DNA from: Candidatus Doudnabacteria bacterium
Lineage (GTDB): Bacteria > Patescibacteriota > Doudnabacteria > UBA920
Reading direction: 5' to 3'
Assembly: GCA_963837465.1 (NCBI GenBank)
Contig: CAWINB010000004.1
Location: forward strand, 74,853 to 138,852
Length of the DNA stretch: 64,000 nt
How positions within the stretch are numbered: position 1 is the first letter of the stretch; every line of letters starts with the position of its first letter. The translations under genes and the position numbers were made by a program. Below the pieces are notes generated by a model. It saw only the letters and a program-made list of their open reading frames with translations. It was not told the origin of the DNA and made no database searches. Shown here in pieces: positions 22,001 to 30,333 of the stretch.

Positions 22001-22718
22001 TAAATATTTTTAAATCCTCCTCGCTAAATGCCAGATCGCCTTGTAGCTGACCTTTATAATATTTATCAAACAGCTCCTTATTTTTGGAAAAAATGGTTAA
22101 GTTTTCATCTATAATACGATTAGCAATTGCCGTATCTTCAGCGCCATCGCTATACAAATTTTCTCTGCTTTGACGAAAATTTCCCAAAGAAGTTGCAAAT
22201 TTTTTAAAAGAATCGATCAAAGCTACCGCTTCTTTATTTTTAATCTCTTGAGACTTTAAGATATCCAAAATTTCCTTTTTGAACAGAAATTTAAAGTCCG
22301 TCGAATTTTCAGCAAATTTTACACCATCGGCCGTATATTTTTCTCTCCACTTATCACCAGCGATTTTAAAATATTCAACAACCTCTCTACGTAGATTCTC
22401 TTTTTCTTTACTAAACGGATTCACTTTACCTTTTAACCCAGTTAAATTGCTACTAGTAAACAGCTCATAAAATTCCTTAAAATCCATTTCAGGGGCCATC
22501 AAGGCATCTATTACAAAACGACGATGTACTTCGTCCAAATATGGTTTTATTTTTTTATAATTTTCCGCTACTAATTTATCTTTTTCAATTATCCGGTTTT
22601 CCACCAACATTTTTAAAGTGTTTCCAACCGGCTTCAACTCAAACCTTAAAGTCTTGGAAAGGGCGTATTTTCCAGTAAATTGTTCAAAAATAGACTTTTC
22701 CTTAATTGTGTTTGGCAT
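19011..22718 (-). CDS. cas12a: Cas12a (Cpf1) effector, 1235 aa
   Basis: YALSKTLRFELKP N-terminus; RuvC-I GIDRGE, RuvC-II FEDLN, RuvC-III DANGAYNIARKG; crRNA-processing NLHT and KLSGGAE motifs. Confidence 0.95.
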   Translation of the reverse strand: MPNTIKEKSIFEQFTGKYALSKTLRFELKPVGNTLKMLVENRIIEKDKLVAENYKKIKPYLDEVHRRFVIDALMAPEMDFKEFYELFTSSNLTGLKGKVNPFSKEKENLRREVVEYFKIAGDKWREKYTADGVKFAENSTDFKFLFKKEILDILKSQEIKNKEAVALIDSFKKFATSLGNFRQSRENLYSDGAEDTAIANRIIDENLTIFSKNKELFDKYYKGQLQGDLAFSEEDLKIFNLDYYNNCFLQSGIDVYNKIIGADKEAGGVGAKGLNQKINEYRQKHKEEKLPLFQALYKQILSEKSAQEVGRLIIEDDDNLLDTLNEFERENNEVIPEIEKLFKSLLIDKAPFDLSGIYVNGQAFNTISYKWFKNGEIFKQAVINIVNEEKKKKDIKDNLPDFVSFMEISNALETLRYIKNEDLFKEEYIKTKTIDSTQSHLHNFYNIWLSEFYQLLKIYQEANKELGLLLKQKWNKTPQSLEIVKHYAEAVLSLYRMVKYLALEKGKKKIADIKIESNFYNSFNDIYHNWAAFKYYDALRNFLTKKIFLTRKVKLNFDKGNLLDGWSENDAGAAQFCGFIFKKHKKFFLGISDDPGLFERQKYPEAFTAFEKGARYEKMVYKQLKTTSLFGSSYKGMFGSTFKDDKKLMSEKKLLERINKILLTKISKFPELQSLVSKTYVATKDLLADLELVNTYELDFEQVSQVYVEQGVYIRTNKKTKETADKHLYLFEIYSKDFAKKSSGKENLHTTYFKLLFDKQNLNDLVFKLSGGAEVFFRPKSLKSVVDKERKTKIDVIGNKRYTEDKILLHLPISLNANSGAITPKNFNIAVNKELVQNKINIIGIDRGEKHLGYYCILDGEGNIIENEHQSLNVVNGISYHQKLDEREKQRKQARLDWQAIANIKELKEGYASHAVKKLCDLVIKYNAIVIFEDLNSKFKRGRTKIEKQVYQKLELALVKKLNFLVLKHAQEGEFGHPLKAFQLTSPIQSVQNLSGQTGVIFYTAPAYTSTTCPNCGFRKDARLKTVFENVEKSKELIQNLRIQYEVKNNRLAFTYKIADFSNEKPSGKNEWTLYSDVIRYKTSPRIENGEKRYITNSYQITERFIELFDESKIDWRGKGDITDAIINANLTAQFYKNFLFYFGLLLSIRNSSEKDDDFIQCPVCSFDSRNPKDANLSLATIINGDANGAYNIARKGLYMINKIRDAAKAKGGADKLVYKDLFVSLSEWDSFVQK

Positions 22719-22734
22719 AAGTTTTATTAGGAAA

Positions 22735-22784
22735 ATTTAATTGTTAGGCTTATTTTAGGATAATTTCATAGTTTTTACAAATTT
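22735..22784 (-). promoter_or_regulatory. Candidate cas12a promoter, homologous to 53625-53674
   Basis: Minus strand TTGTAA-17-TAAAAT; 42/50 ungapped identity with the element upstream of the type IIG R-M leader. Confidence 0.65.
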
Positions 22785-22792
22785 CGAGGCCG

Positions 22793-22875
22793 TTGACAAA
22801 TATATTAAAACTGCTAAACTGTTTATACAAATGGTCACTAGGCCAACCGAGGCTCCCGAAAGGGAGCCGTTTTTT
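22793..22875 (+). ncRNA. Putative ~50-nt small RNA with its own promoter and terminator, convergent on mazF
   Basis: TTGACA(22793)-16-TAAACT with extended TG; then TGGTC-acta-GGCCA hairpin and GGCTCCC-gaaa-GGGAGCC plus T6 overlapping the mazF stop codon. Confidence 0.55.
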
Positions 22876-23269
22876 ATAGACCTAATAAACCTCCAAGCTT
22901 TTGTTTTATGGCTTGAAGCTGAGCTGGGGATATTTTTCTAACAAGTCTTCTAAACCTTTTTACGCTTACCAGCCGGAGCTGGGACAGGATGACGCTATAC
23001 AGATTTCCCTGATATTCAAGACCGTGATAATAAATACCGATTTTTTCTTTGCTTGTCATTGGCAAGACCCATGCCAACTTTGCGTTAAATTTCCTTACTA
23101 CTAAAACAGGCCTTTCATATAAATCGTTCTTTCCGTCCTGTTCATCACCCAAGTTAACTCCAATACTACACCACCAAATTTCTCTTTCATGAAAGGGTAG
23201 AGTGTCCGGAGCGATTATCTCTAAATTTTTCTTTTCTTTGTTCCAGCCGTCAAAATTTTTTTGATACAT
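22874..23269 (-). CDS. PemK/MazF-family endoribonuclease toxin with no adjacent protein antitoxin
   Basis: REIWWCSIGVNLGDEQDGK...RPVLVV...VLPMTS...ILSQLRLVSVKRF. Confidence 0.85.
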   Translation of the reverse strand: MYQKNFDGWNKEKKNLEIIAPDTLPFHEREIWWCSIGVNLGDEQDGKNDLYERPVLVVRKFNAKLAWVLPMTSKEKIGIYYHGLEYQGNLYSVILSQLRLVSVKRFRRLVRKISPAQLQAIKQKLGGLLGL

Positions 23270-23320
23270 TTATTTTATCTTGTAAGTTATCCGGGAGAAC
23301 TTATACTTACCCCTTCTTAT

Positions 23321-23349
23321 ATAGTATACGAACGTTTACCTTATGTAAA
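23321..23349 (-). promoter_or_regulatory. Promoter with embedded operator (box copy 2)
   Basis: Minus strand TTTACA-17-TACTAT; GGTAAAC-GTTC-GTATACT. Confidence 0.7.
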
Positions 23350-23408
23350 GTGCATAGCTATGGCCAATTTAACAACGGTTTTAAAAATGCTATAATTCAG
23401 CCATAGCT

Positions 23409-24389
23409 ATGGACAAGGTTATTGAAATCCAAAATTTAAAGAAAAGCTATCCGCTGGCCAAGGGGAAAAGTTTGGAAGCCATTAAGGGTACGTCTTTTTT
23501 TGTTGGGAAGGGCGAGATTTTTGGGATTTTGGGGCCGAATGGGGCGGGCAAGACTACGACTTTGGAGATTATAGAGGGCCTAAAACGGCAGACTGATGGC
23601 TTGGTAACCGTTTTAGGTTTTAACAACATAACGCAAGCCGATGAAATAAAAAAACGCATTGGGGTGCAGCTGCAATCGGCCGACTATCTCCCCTATTTAA
23701 CCTTAGGGGAATTATTAGATTTATTTGCGTCGCTTTATAGCCCTGTAGCGCAGGCCCCCGGCCTGCCCAAGCAGGAAAAGCAGGCCACGGGCCTGCGCTA
23801 CAAGAAACTCGATTTGCTAAAGCTCGTAGACCTACAAGAAAAAGAAAACGAACAGGTTAAAAACCTGTCCGGCGGCCAAAAGCAGCGTTTTACGATTGCT
23901 ACTTCTTTGGTTAACCGGCCGGAAATTTTATTTTTAGATGAGCCGACCACGGGCCTGGACCCGGCCGCGCGCAGGAATTTGTGGGATTTGGTAAAAAAAA
24001 TCAACGCCCGCGGAATCAGCATTGTCCTGACCACCCACTACATGGAAGAAGCGGAGTTTTTATGCCATCGCGTGGCTATTATGGACCACGGCGAAATTTT
24101 AAAAATAGACGAACCGAGGAAACTTATTGAACAGCTTTCTGGCACTGTGCAGGTTAGTTTTTTAACCAGCGATGACTGCGACGCCGAAATATTCAAATCC
24201 ATAACTGGGGTTAAAAAAGTTTACAGCCAGGCCCCGAAAACCATTATTGATATTGAGAACTTGGATAAAGTTGCCTCGGTAATAGAAAAACTTAAAGCTT
24301 CTAAAATTACTTTCAGCGGCTTTACCGTAAAAACCGCAAGCCTTGAAGATGTTTATTTGCAATTAACAGGCAGAGAATACCAGGAATAG
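23409..24389 (+). CDS. ABC-2 type transporter ATP-binding protein
   Basis: GPNGAGKTT, LSGGQKQR, LFLDEPTTGLD; in-frame palindromic insertion at about 23742-23803. Confidence 0.93.
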   Translation: MDKVIEIQNLKKSYPLAKGKSLEAIKGTSFFVGKGEIFGILGPNGAGKTTTLEIIEGLKRQTDGLVTVLGFNNITQADEIKKRIGVQLQSADYLPYLTLGELLDLFASLYSPVAQAPGLPKQEKQATGLRYKKLDLLKLVDLQEKENEQVKNLSGGQKQRFTIATSLVNRPEILFLDEPTTGLDPAARRNLWDLVKKINARGISIVLTTHYMEEAEFLCHRVAIMDHGEILKIDEPRKLIEQLSGTVQVSFLTSDDCDAEIFKSITGVKKVYSQAPKTIIDIENLDKVASVIEKLKASKITFSGFTVKTASLEDVYLQLTGREYQE

Positions 24390-24420
24390 CAAATAGGCGA
24401 TAGGGATTAGGCAATAGCAT

Positions 24421-24789
24421 ATGCAAATTCAAAGTTACAAAGATTTAATAGCATGGCAAAAGTCCATAATCCTTGTGAAGATTATTTACAAGATTTGTAA
24501 AGAATTTCCTAAAATGGAGTTATATAATCTTTCCAGCCAGATGCAGCGCTCAGCGATTTCCATACCATCTAATATTGCGGAAGGCTGGGCAAGAAACCAC
24601 AAACTTGAATTCGCCCGATTTCTTTCGATTGCTTATGCATCGGCCGCAGAACTGGAAACTCAAATCATTATTGCAAAAGATCAATATCCGGCTGTTGACT
24701 ACACAGAAGCAGAAAATTTATTATTAGAAATACAAAAAATACTATTTGTTCTTATAAGAAACACCAAATCGGCTGAACAAAAATGGTAG
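24421..24789 (+). CDS. Four-helix-bundle protein (23S rRNA IVP-like family)
   Basis: SYKDLIAWQKS...FPKMELYNLSSQMQRSAISIPSNIAEGW...FLSIAYASAAELETQ; flanked by inverted heptamer arrays. Confidence 0.9.
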   Translation: MQIQSYKDLIAWQKSIILVKIIYKICKEFPKMELYNLSSQMQRSAISIPSNIAEGWARNHKLEFARFLSIAYASAAELETQIIIAKDQYPAVDYTEAENLLLEIQKILFVLIRNTKSAEQKW

Positions 24790-24826
24790 TGCGCCCCTAT
24801 TGCCTATTGCCTAATCACTATTTTCT

Positions 24827-25570
24827 ATGAACCCCCTCTATCAACTCTTTCTTGCCCATCTTAAAATTATAATCCGCAACACCAGCGGAGTTTTTTGGAC
24901 GATTATTATGCCGGCGGTCATCTACATTGGCCTGTCGGTTTTGCCCATTGGCGCGGCGATTAACCCACAACTGCGTTATTCCAATTACGTTTTGCCCGGA
25001 ATTTTAGCTATGACTATTATGCAGGGCGGGATTTACGGCCTGGCTTACTGGATGACGGACTTAAAAGCCCTGGGCGTTATCAAACGTTTTTTGGTAACCC
25101 CGCTAAAAATGTGGCAGCTGATTATTGCCGTAGTCGGCGCGCGGCTGGTGCTTATTTTTTCCCAGGTGATAATTCTTACTTTAATCGGTATGGCTATTTT
25201 CCACGCCCAATTCTCCGGCAATATTGTTTCCACTATAATACTGGTATTTTTAGGCGGCTCAATATTCCTGCTGGTCGGACTATTGATAGCCAACTACGCC
25301 ACATCGTACGACACGGCCGCGCCAATAACCACGGGCATCGGGCTGCCTTTAACTTTTTTGGGAAATATTTTTTATCCCATTAGCCTGTTGCCCCACGGCT
25401 TAAGAATTTTCGCGGAACTTTTACCCATAACCTACCTGGCCGACGGCCTGCGCCAGGCCTATTTATACCCTTTTAATTTCGCGGTTATTGGAAAAAATAT
25501 TTTAGTCCTTGCTATTTGGCTGGTCGGGATGCTTATTGTGACAATATCTTTGTTTAGATTAAAAGAATAA
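24827..25570 (+). CDS. ABC-2 transporter permease
   Basis: Six hydrophobic segments, GVIKRFLVTPL, LPITYLADGLRQ. Confidence 0.9.
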   Translation: MNPLYQLFLAHLKIIIRNTSGVFWTIIMPAVIYIGLSVLPIGAAINPQLRYSNYVLPGILAMTIMQGGIYGLAYWMTDLKALGVIKRFLVTPLKMWQLIIAVVGARLVLIFSQVIILTLIGMAIFHAQFSGNIVSTIILVFLGGSIFLLVGLLIANYATSYDTAAPITTGIGLPLTFLGNIFYPISLLPHGLRIFAELLPITYLADGLRQAYLYPFNFAVIGKNILVLAIWLVGMLIVTISLFRLKE

Positions 25571-25604
25571 AAACACCAAAGCAAAAGACTTTGGTGTTTT
25601 TATT
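25568..25604. terminator. Bidirectional intrinsic terminator
   Basis: aaaaacaccaaag/ctttggtgttttt between convergent genes. Confidence 0.65.
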
Positions 25605-25673
25605 ATTGCGCTTTTTTTGCAATACCCCACGACTCCGCTGCGTTGTCATTGCGAGCGCGGCCGAAGCAATCTG

Positions 25674-25991
25674 TTAACATATATACTCGCGGTCAAACTT
25701 ATCTTTAGCCACAGCTTTTACCGGCACGTTCCAGGCAAAGCCCAAAGCCAGGGCGTGGGCAACGCCCATGCGCACGCCGGTGTAGGAACCAGGGCCTTTG
25801 TTTACGATAATCTTTCTAATTTTAGATTTAGGATTTGAGATTTTAGATTTCCGTAAAAATTCACCAAGCTTTGCCAAAACCTGATGGGACTTATGGGGGT
25901 CGATTTTGTAAAATTTTTTTACGGTTTCTTTACCGTCAAAAACCCCAAAAGTGACTTTATTAAAATCTGTTCCGTCTATGTATAGTATCAT
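25674..25991 (-). CDS. tsaB: Short TsaB/YeaZ-like protein (N-terminal domain only)
   Basis: MILYIDGT...IIVNKGPGSYTGVRMGVAHALALGFA. Confidence 0.75.
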   Translation of the reverse strand: MILYIDGTDFNKVTFGVFDGKETVKKFYKIDPHKSHQVLAKLGEFLRKSKISNPKSKIRKIIVNKGPGSYTGVRMGVAHALALGFAWNVPVKAVAKDKFDREYIC

Positions 25992-25999
25992 GCCGGTCT

Positions 26000-26093
26000 G
26001 GCGTCATCCTGAGGGAGCGCATCCGACCGAAGGATCTTACAAATTTAAGGGATCCTTCGTCCCTCGGATGCACTCGGGACTCAGGATGACGCC
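26000..26093. repeat. Palindromic GTCATCCTGAG-family element, supplies the Mur ligase stop codon
   Basis: ggcgtcatcctgag...gaaggatc / gatccttc...ctcaggatgacgcc. Confidence 0.8.
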
Positions 26094-27406
26094 GATGTTA
26101 GCTTATTTAATTCTTCCCGCGCCACATCGCGATCATCCCACTCAATCCGTTTATTGCCGGGCAAGACCAAAAACTGCTCACTGCCTTTGCCGGTAATTAG
26201 CACAATGTCGTTTGCCTGGGCAATTTTTAAGGCGTGGGCGATGGCGGCGCGCCGGTCTAAAATTATTTCGTACGGCGGTTTCCTTAATTTAAAGCTGTTA
26301 ATTCCCTGCTCTATATTTGCCGCGATTTCCGCCGGGTCTGAGCCGTAGACGTCGTCGTTGGTCACAATAATATAGTCGGCAAACTGGGCCGCGGTTTTGC
26401 CGAAAATGAATCTTTTGGAACCATCGCGATGGCCGCCCGTGCAGCCGAAGACGTGGATCAATCGGTTGTGGGGAAACAGGCTGGCCGCCTCAAGCGAGCT
26501 TTTAATGGATATCGGTTCGCAGCCGTAATCCACAATTACGCCGAAACCCAGATTATTTTTCACCATTTCCATGCGGCCGGGAGCGCCACGGAAGCTTTTC
26601 AGCAGTTCCGCGGACTTGGCCAAATCCACTCCCAGCATAACCGCGCACGAGGCGGCCAAGCCGGCGTTTTTAGCGTTAAATTCAGCCAGTAAATCAACCA
26701 CAAAAGGCACGCCATCAATGGTAAATTCCGCCGGCGGCGCCATCCTGACCAACCCGGCGTTAAAAACTTTGTCCGCGTCCCGCGCCACGACATTGCCAAA
26801 GCTGACGCCGAATTTTTTATCGGCGGGAAAGCTTAAAAAATAACCGGACATCGCGTCATCCAGATTCACGCCGATTATTTTTCTCGGGAAAAAACTTTTT
26901 TTCCGGGCTTTTCCCAAAGCCCCGAACAATTTCCCTTTGGCCGCCTGGTAGTTGCCAAAACTGCCGTGGGAATCCAGGTGCGCGCGTGAAAGGTTCGTAA
27001 ACAAAGCTATGTCAAAATTAATCCCCAAATGGCGGTTTTGTTCCAGTCCTTCGGAAGTACATTCAATAACCGCGGCTTGGCATTTATTTTTTGCCATAGT
27101 ACGCAATTGCCGCTGCAGCAAAATTTCATTGGGCATGGACAAGCCGTGCTTGTTGATGTTTATGTTCTGCCCATCAAAAAATTCCACCGTTGTAATATAA
27201 CCCGTCCGCGTTCCCGCTCCGTTTAAAATATGCGCCAGCATAGCCGCCGTGGTTGACTTACCCACAGTACCGGTTATGCCAATGACAATCATTTTTCCGC
27301 TCGGGCGCCCATAATAAAAACCCGCGGCTCGGGCTGTTAAACCGTGGTAATAGGGGCGAATAAATTTTAACAAAGGCCGCGGCAACAGGCTTTTGAAGGA
27401 ATCCAT
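26081..27406 (-). CDS. murE: Mur ligase (MurE-like)
   Basis: IGITGTVGKST, IECTSEGL, FTNLSRAHLDSHG, PGRME, VLITGKGSE. Confidence 0.8.
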   Translation of the reverse strand: MDSFKSLLPRPLLKFIRPYYHGLTARAAGFYYGRPSGKMIVIGITGTVGKSTTAAMLAHILNGAGTRTGYITTVEFFDGQNININKHGLSMPNEILLQRQLRTMAKNKCQAAVIECTSEGLEQNRHLGINFDIALFTNLSRAHLDSHGSFGNYQAAKGKLFGALGKARKKSFFPRKIIGVNLDDAMSGYFLSFPADKKFGVSFGNVVARDADKVFNAGLVRMAPPAEFTIDGVPFVVDLLAEFNAKNAGLAASCAVMLGVDLAKSAELLKSFRGAPGRMEMVKNNLGFGVIVDYGCEPISIKSSLEAASLFPHNRLIHVFGCTGGHRDGSKRFIFGKTAAQFADYIIVTNDDVYGSDPAEIAANIEQGINSFKLRKPPYEIILDRRAAIAHALKIAQANDIVLITGKGSEQFLVLPGNKRIEWDDRDVAREELNKLTSASS

Positions 27407-27498
27407 AGACTTATTTTGACAAAATAGCCAAAATTAAGCAATTATTCTATAATACAGCAGACAGAATCCATCTTCTTTGACACAAATTTGACACAAAA

Positions 27499-28353
27499 AT
27501 GCAAATTCAATACCAAAAAATTTCCGGCGGCGCTTTGGAAGGGGTTTGGGAAAACCGCAGGCTGATTTTTTCCGGCCAAACTGACGGCGGCCTTACGAAC
27601 AGGGTAAAATGGTTAAAAAGGTTTTTGTCGGGACGGAAAAACCAACTCCTTAATCTTGGCGCGTCCGAAAATTCAACCATAGACATTTACAGCCTGTTCA
27701 GCAAAAGCGCCAAAGACGCCTGGAAGCAAAGTTTCCGCTTGGCAAAAAAACGCGGCGGCAAACCGGAACTTGAAGAAATTTTTTTGGCCCTGCTCAAGGA
27801 ACTGTCGGTGCAGGAACTGCTTAAGCGCTTGGGCGCCAAAGCGGAAGACGCGCGAATCTTACTGGACAATTATTTAAAACTCAAACAACCGTCCGGCGGG
27901 GAAACCATAACGCGAATTCCTTTTGAAGCTTTTGCCCTGGCCGTAAAATTGCGCGACCATAAAGTCGGGAGCCTGATGCTTTTGGGCGCCCTGCTCAAAA
28001 CCGCGCCCAAAGACAGCATGCTCCAGGCTATTTTCAGCAACATCGGCCTCACCTTGGATAAGCTGGAAGTCTTGGCGGTTTGGCAAGTAAAACTTAATTT
28101 TGATTTTCCGGAAAGCCCCCAAAAAAGCGGACTGCTTGATTGCGCCAGGCAGGCGGAATTTTTGGAGCGGCAGTTTGGTTACAGGTTTGATTTTTCCGCC
28201 ATTGAAACCGCGACAGCTTTATCATCGGCCGACAATAACTCTACCAGAAGGCGCAAAAACACTCTGCGCCTCCTGGTTAAGGCCGGGCTGCTGGCAAAGC
28301 AGGGAAAAAACAAAACTATTTCCGCTTTAATGGTAAAAAAATCTTCAGCTTAG
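27499..28353 (+). CDS. Hypothetical protein with Clp N-terminal repeat-like domain
   Basis: FSKSAKDAW...LAKK...EEIFLALL and AFALAVKLRDHKVGSLMLLGALL repeats. Confidence 0.55.
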   Translation: MQIQYQKISGGALEGVWENRRLIFSGQTDGGLTNRVKWLKRFLSGRKNQLLNLGASENSTIDIYSLFSKSAKDAWKQSFRLAKKRGGKPELEEIFLALLKELSVQELLKRLGAKAEDARILLDNYLKLKQPSGGETITRIPFEAFALAVKLRDHKVGSLMLLGALLKTAPKDSMLQAIFSNIGLTLDKLEVLAVWQVKLNFDFPESPQKSGLLDCARQAEFLERQFGYRFDFSAIETATALSSADNNSTRRRKNTLRLLVKAGLLAKQGKNKTISALMVKKSSA

Positions 28354-29465
28354 GCTGAAGATTTTTTTAAAACCCGGTTTAACCTGCGCATATGCTTATA
28401 AACCCAGTAGCCGAACCTGCTGTTAATCAAATCGTAAGCGCCCGGGTATTGCAGGATGCCGGAGCCGGACTGCGGTCCAAAGCCCAGTTTAAAACGCACA
28501 AAACCGGGCACATCCCCGACCGAGGTTTCCACGCCCCAGAAATCGTAAGCACTCAAGCCTAAATTTTTGGCATCCAGCATGGCCTGCCAATGCAGCAGAT
28601 ACGGCGCCATGACATTTTTATGGTTATAGGACGATCCGCCGAATAAAAATGTCCGGGTGGTGCCAAAATCCACCATGATAGCGGCGGCCAGAAGTTGGTT
28701 CTGTTCGCCAGAAGCGGATCCGCCTCCGGCGGAAAAAACGGCTTTGTAAATATGGAGTTTTAGATCGCCGCGGTTATGGAGAGTAAAAAAATCCGCCAAT
28801 TTTTTATAATAGGAAACCGGAAAAGTATTAAATTTTTGGCGCCTTGATGTTTCCAAAATCAGTTTTAATGCTTCGTCAAAAAATAACCCATGTCCAACGG
28901 AAACATCAAATTCGTCCTTAACTTCGACTTCGTGTTTTTGCGCTACTTTAATGTTATAGCGGGTTTTATGATGCATCTCGGCCAAGAGTTGGTTTTCGGA
29001 TTTTGTAAGGTCAATTAGTAACGTTTTAGCCGGCTGAATATTAACGGTTTTTTTAAGTCGGAGGTCGGAGGTCGGAGGTCGGAGGTCAAATTTTGGCTCA
29101 ACACGGATAAAAACCGAATCTCTAAATTTTTCCCTCAACTTCTCAATTATCAGATTTCCGATTCTCCGATTCTCCGACCTGTCCGACGTAGCCTTGGCGA
29201 AGTTGGATTCTCCGATTTTTCCGGTAACCCATCCGTACGGCGCGTACAAATAATATTTGCCGAAAGGCAACGGCATTTTAATAAGCTGGATAACAGCGGC
29301 GGTTTCCCCGCTTTCCGCTTTCCACTTTAACCTTTTAACTTGCCGTCCAAGGGCTGACTGCCATTCTCCCCACTCCCAGCTCTGCGAAAAACTGCCGCTT
29401 GGGCTTTCTGCCACAAAGCGGTTATAAGATTCTTTATCGGAAGATGATAATTCTGTAAGGTTCAT
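28350..29465 (-). CDS. FemABX-family peptidoglycan bridge aminoacyltransferase
   Basis: FSQSWEWGE, YAPYG, IRVEP, KTRYNIKVAQK, APYLLHWQAM, YDFWG, RFKLGFG. Confidence 0.9.
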   Translation of the reverse strand: MNLTELSSSDKESYNRFVAESPSGSFSQSWEWGEWQSALGRQVKRLKWKAESGETAAVIQLIKMPLPFGKYYLYAPYGWVTGKIGESNFAKATSDRSENRRIGNLIIEKLREKFRDSVFIRVEPKFDLRPPTSDLRLKKTVNIQPAKTLLIDLTKSENQLLAEMHHKTRYNIKVAQKHEVEVKDEFDVSVGHGLFFDEALKLILETSRRQKFNTFPVSYYKKLADFFTLHNRGDLKLHIYKAVFSAGGGSASGEQNQLLAAAIMVDFGTTRTFLFGGSSYNHKNVMAPYLLHWQAMLDAKNLGLSAYDFWGVETSVGDVPGFVRFKLGFGPQSGSGILQYPGAYDLINSRFGYWVYKHMRRLNRVLKKSSA

Positions 29466-29480
29466 AGCGTAAGAAAGTGT

Positions 29481-29646
29481 TCCATCCCGGAATTTTTCAG
29501 TGGCAGATCATGGTTCTCTGAAAAATATCCGGCCCGTCCGCCAAAGCTTTAGCGGCGGCGGAGATCCAGGCACGGGTTTTGTTCTGGATCCCGGATATTT
29601 TTTGTCGCCTATTATTGACGCCTGTACAAAAAATTCCGGGATGGGA
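29481..29646. repeat. Nested palindromic element
   Basis: ccatcccggaattttt...aaaaattccgggatgg arms containing ccgtccgccaaagctttagcggcggcgg. Confidence 0.7.
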
Positions 29647-29650
29647 GCAC

Positions 29651-30208
29651 CTAATGTTTTCCTAACATCTTGAGTGATTGCTTCAGTTGTTCACTTTGGG
29701 GCTTTGAGCTGTCAATTTTATTTATAACTTCCCGGACTTCGCGCTGGTTGTAGCCCAAAGCCAACAAGGCGTCAAAAACTTCACTGCTTGCCGCAGGTGA
29801 ACTGCCGGAGAGCGAGCCAACTTTACTTTTGAGTTCGACGATGATCTTCTCCGCGGTCTTAAGCCCCACTCCGGAAATTCTGGTAAACACCCCCGCGTCC
29901 TGGTTGGCAATGGCCTGGCGCACGGCATCGGCAGGGGCTGACGATAAAATAGCCAGCGCGACTTTTGGCCCGACTCCGGAAACCGTAATTAAAAGTTCAA
30001 AAAACTGCAGGCTGGAAAAATCCGGCAACCCAAACAAGCTCTGCCCGTCATCGCTGACCTTCATATAGGTATATAAAGCTACTGTACCGCCAATCTTGTT
30101 TTCCAAAATTTCCGGCGTCACAAAAACCTTATAGCCAATCCCCTGGTTTTCGAGGATAATATAAGTCAAACCTTTTTCTAAGATTACGCCTTTTAAATAA
30201 GAGATCAT
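29651..30208 (-). CDS. ruvA: Holliday junction branch migration protein RuvA
   Basis: MISYLKG, LITVSGVGPKVAL, ISGVGLKTAEKIIVELK, ALLALGY. Confidence 0.96.
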   Translation of the reverse strand: MISYLKGVILEKGLTYIILENQGIGYKVFVTPEILENKIGGTVALYTYMKVSDDGQSLFGLPDFSSLQFFELLITVSGVGPKVALAILSSAPADAVRQAIANQDAGVFTRISGVGLKTAEKIIVELKSKVGSLSGSSPAASSEVFDALLALGYNQREVREVINKIDSSKPQSEQLKQSLKMLGKH

Positions 30209-30333
30209 TTACCCACCTAAATTTTGCCCGAACAGTCAGGCAAACCTAATTATCTAAAAACAGTACCGTATGTTTTCCCAAACTTCCCGCAAAATTTTGG
30301 CGGGTGAACTAATTTTAGCATTATAAAAACCCA

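Noticed and set aside
19011-22718. Calling the effector Cas12a2 because of the cysteine motifs
   Set aside because: Cas12a-type N-terminus, WED/PI order and a full-length Nuc-sized segment fit Cas12a better; phylogeny is needed to settle it
24421-24789. Diversity-generating retroelement (Avd-like gene)
   Set aside because: No reverse transcriptase and no TR/VR pair seen in the window
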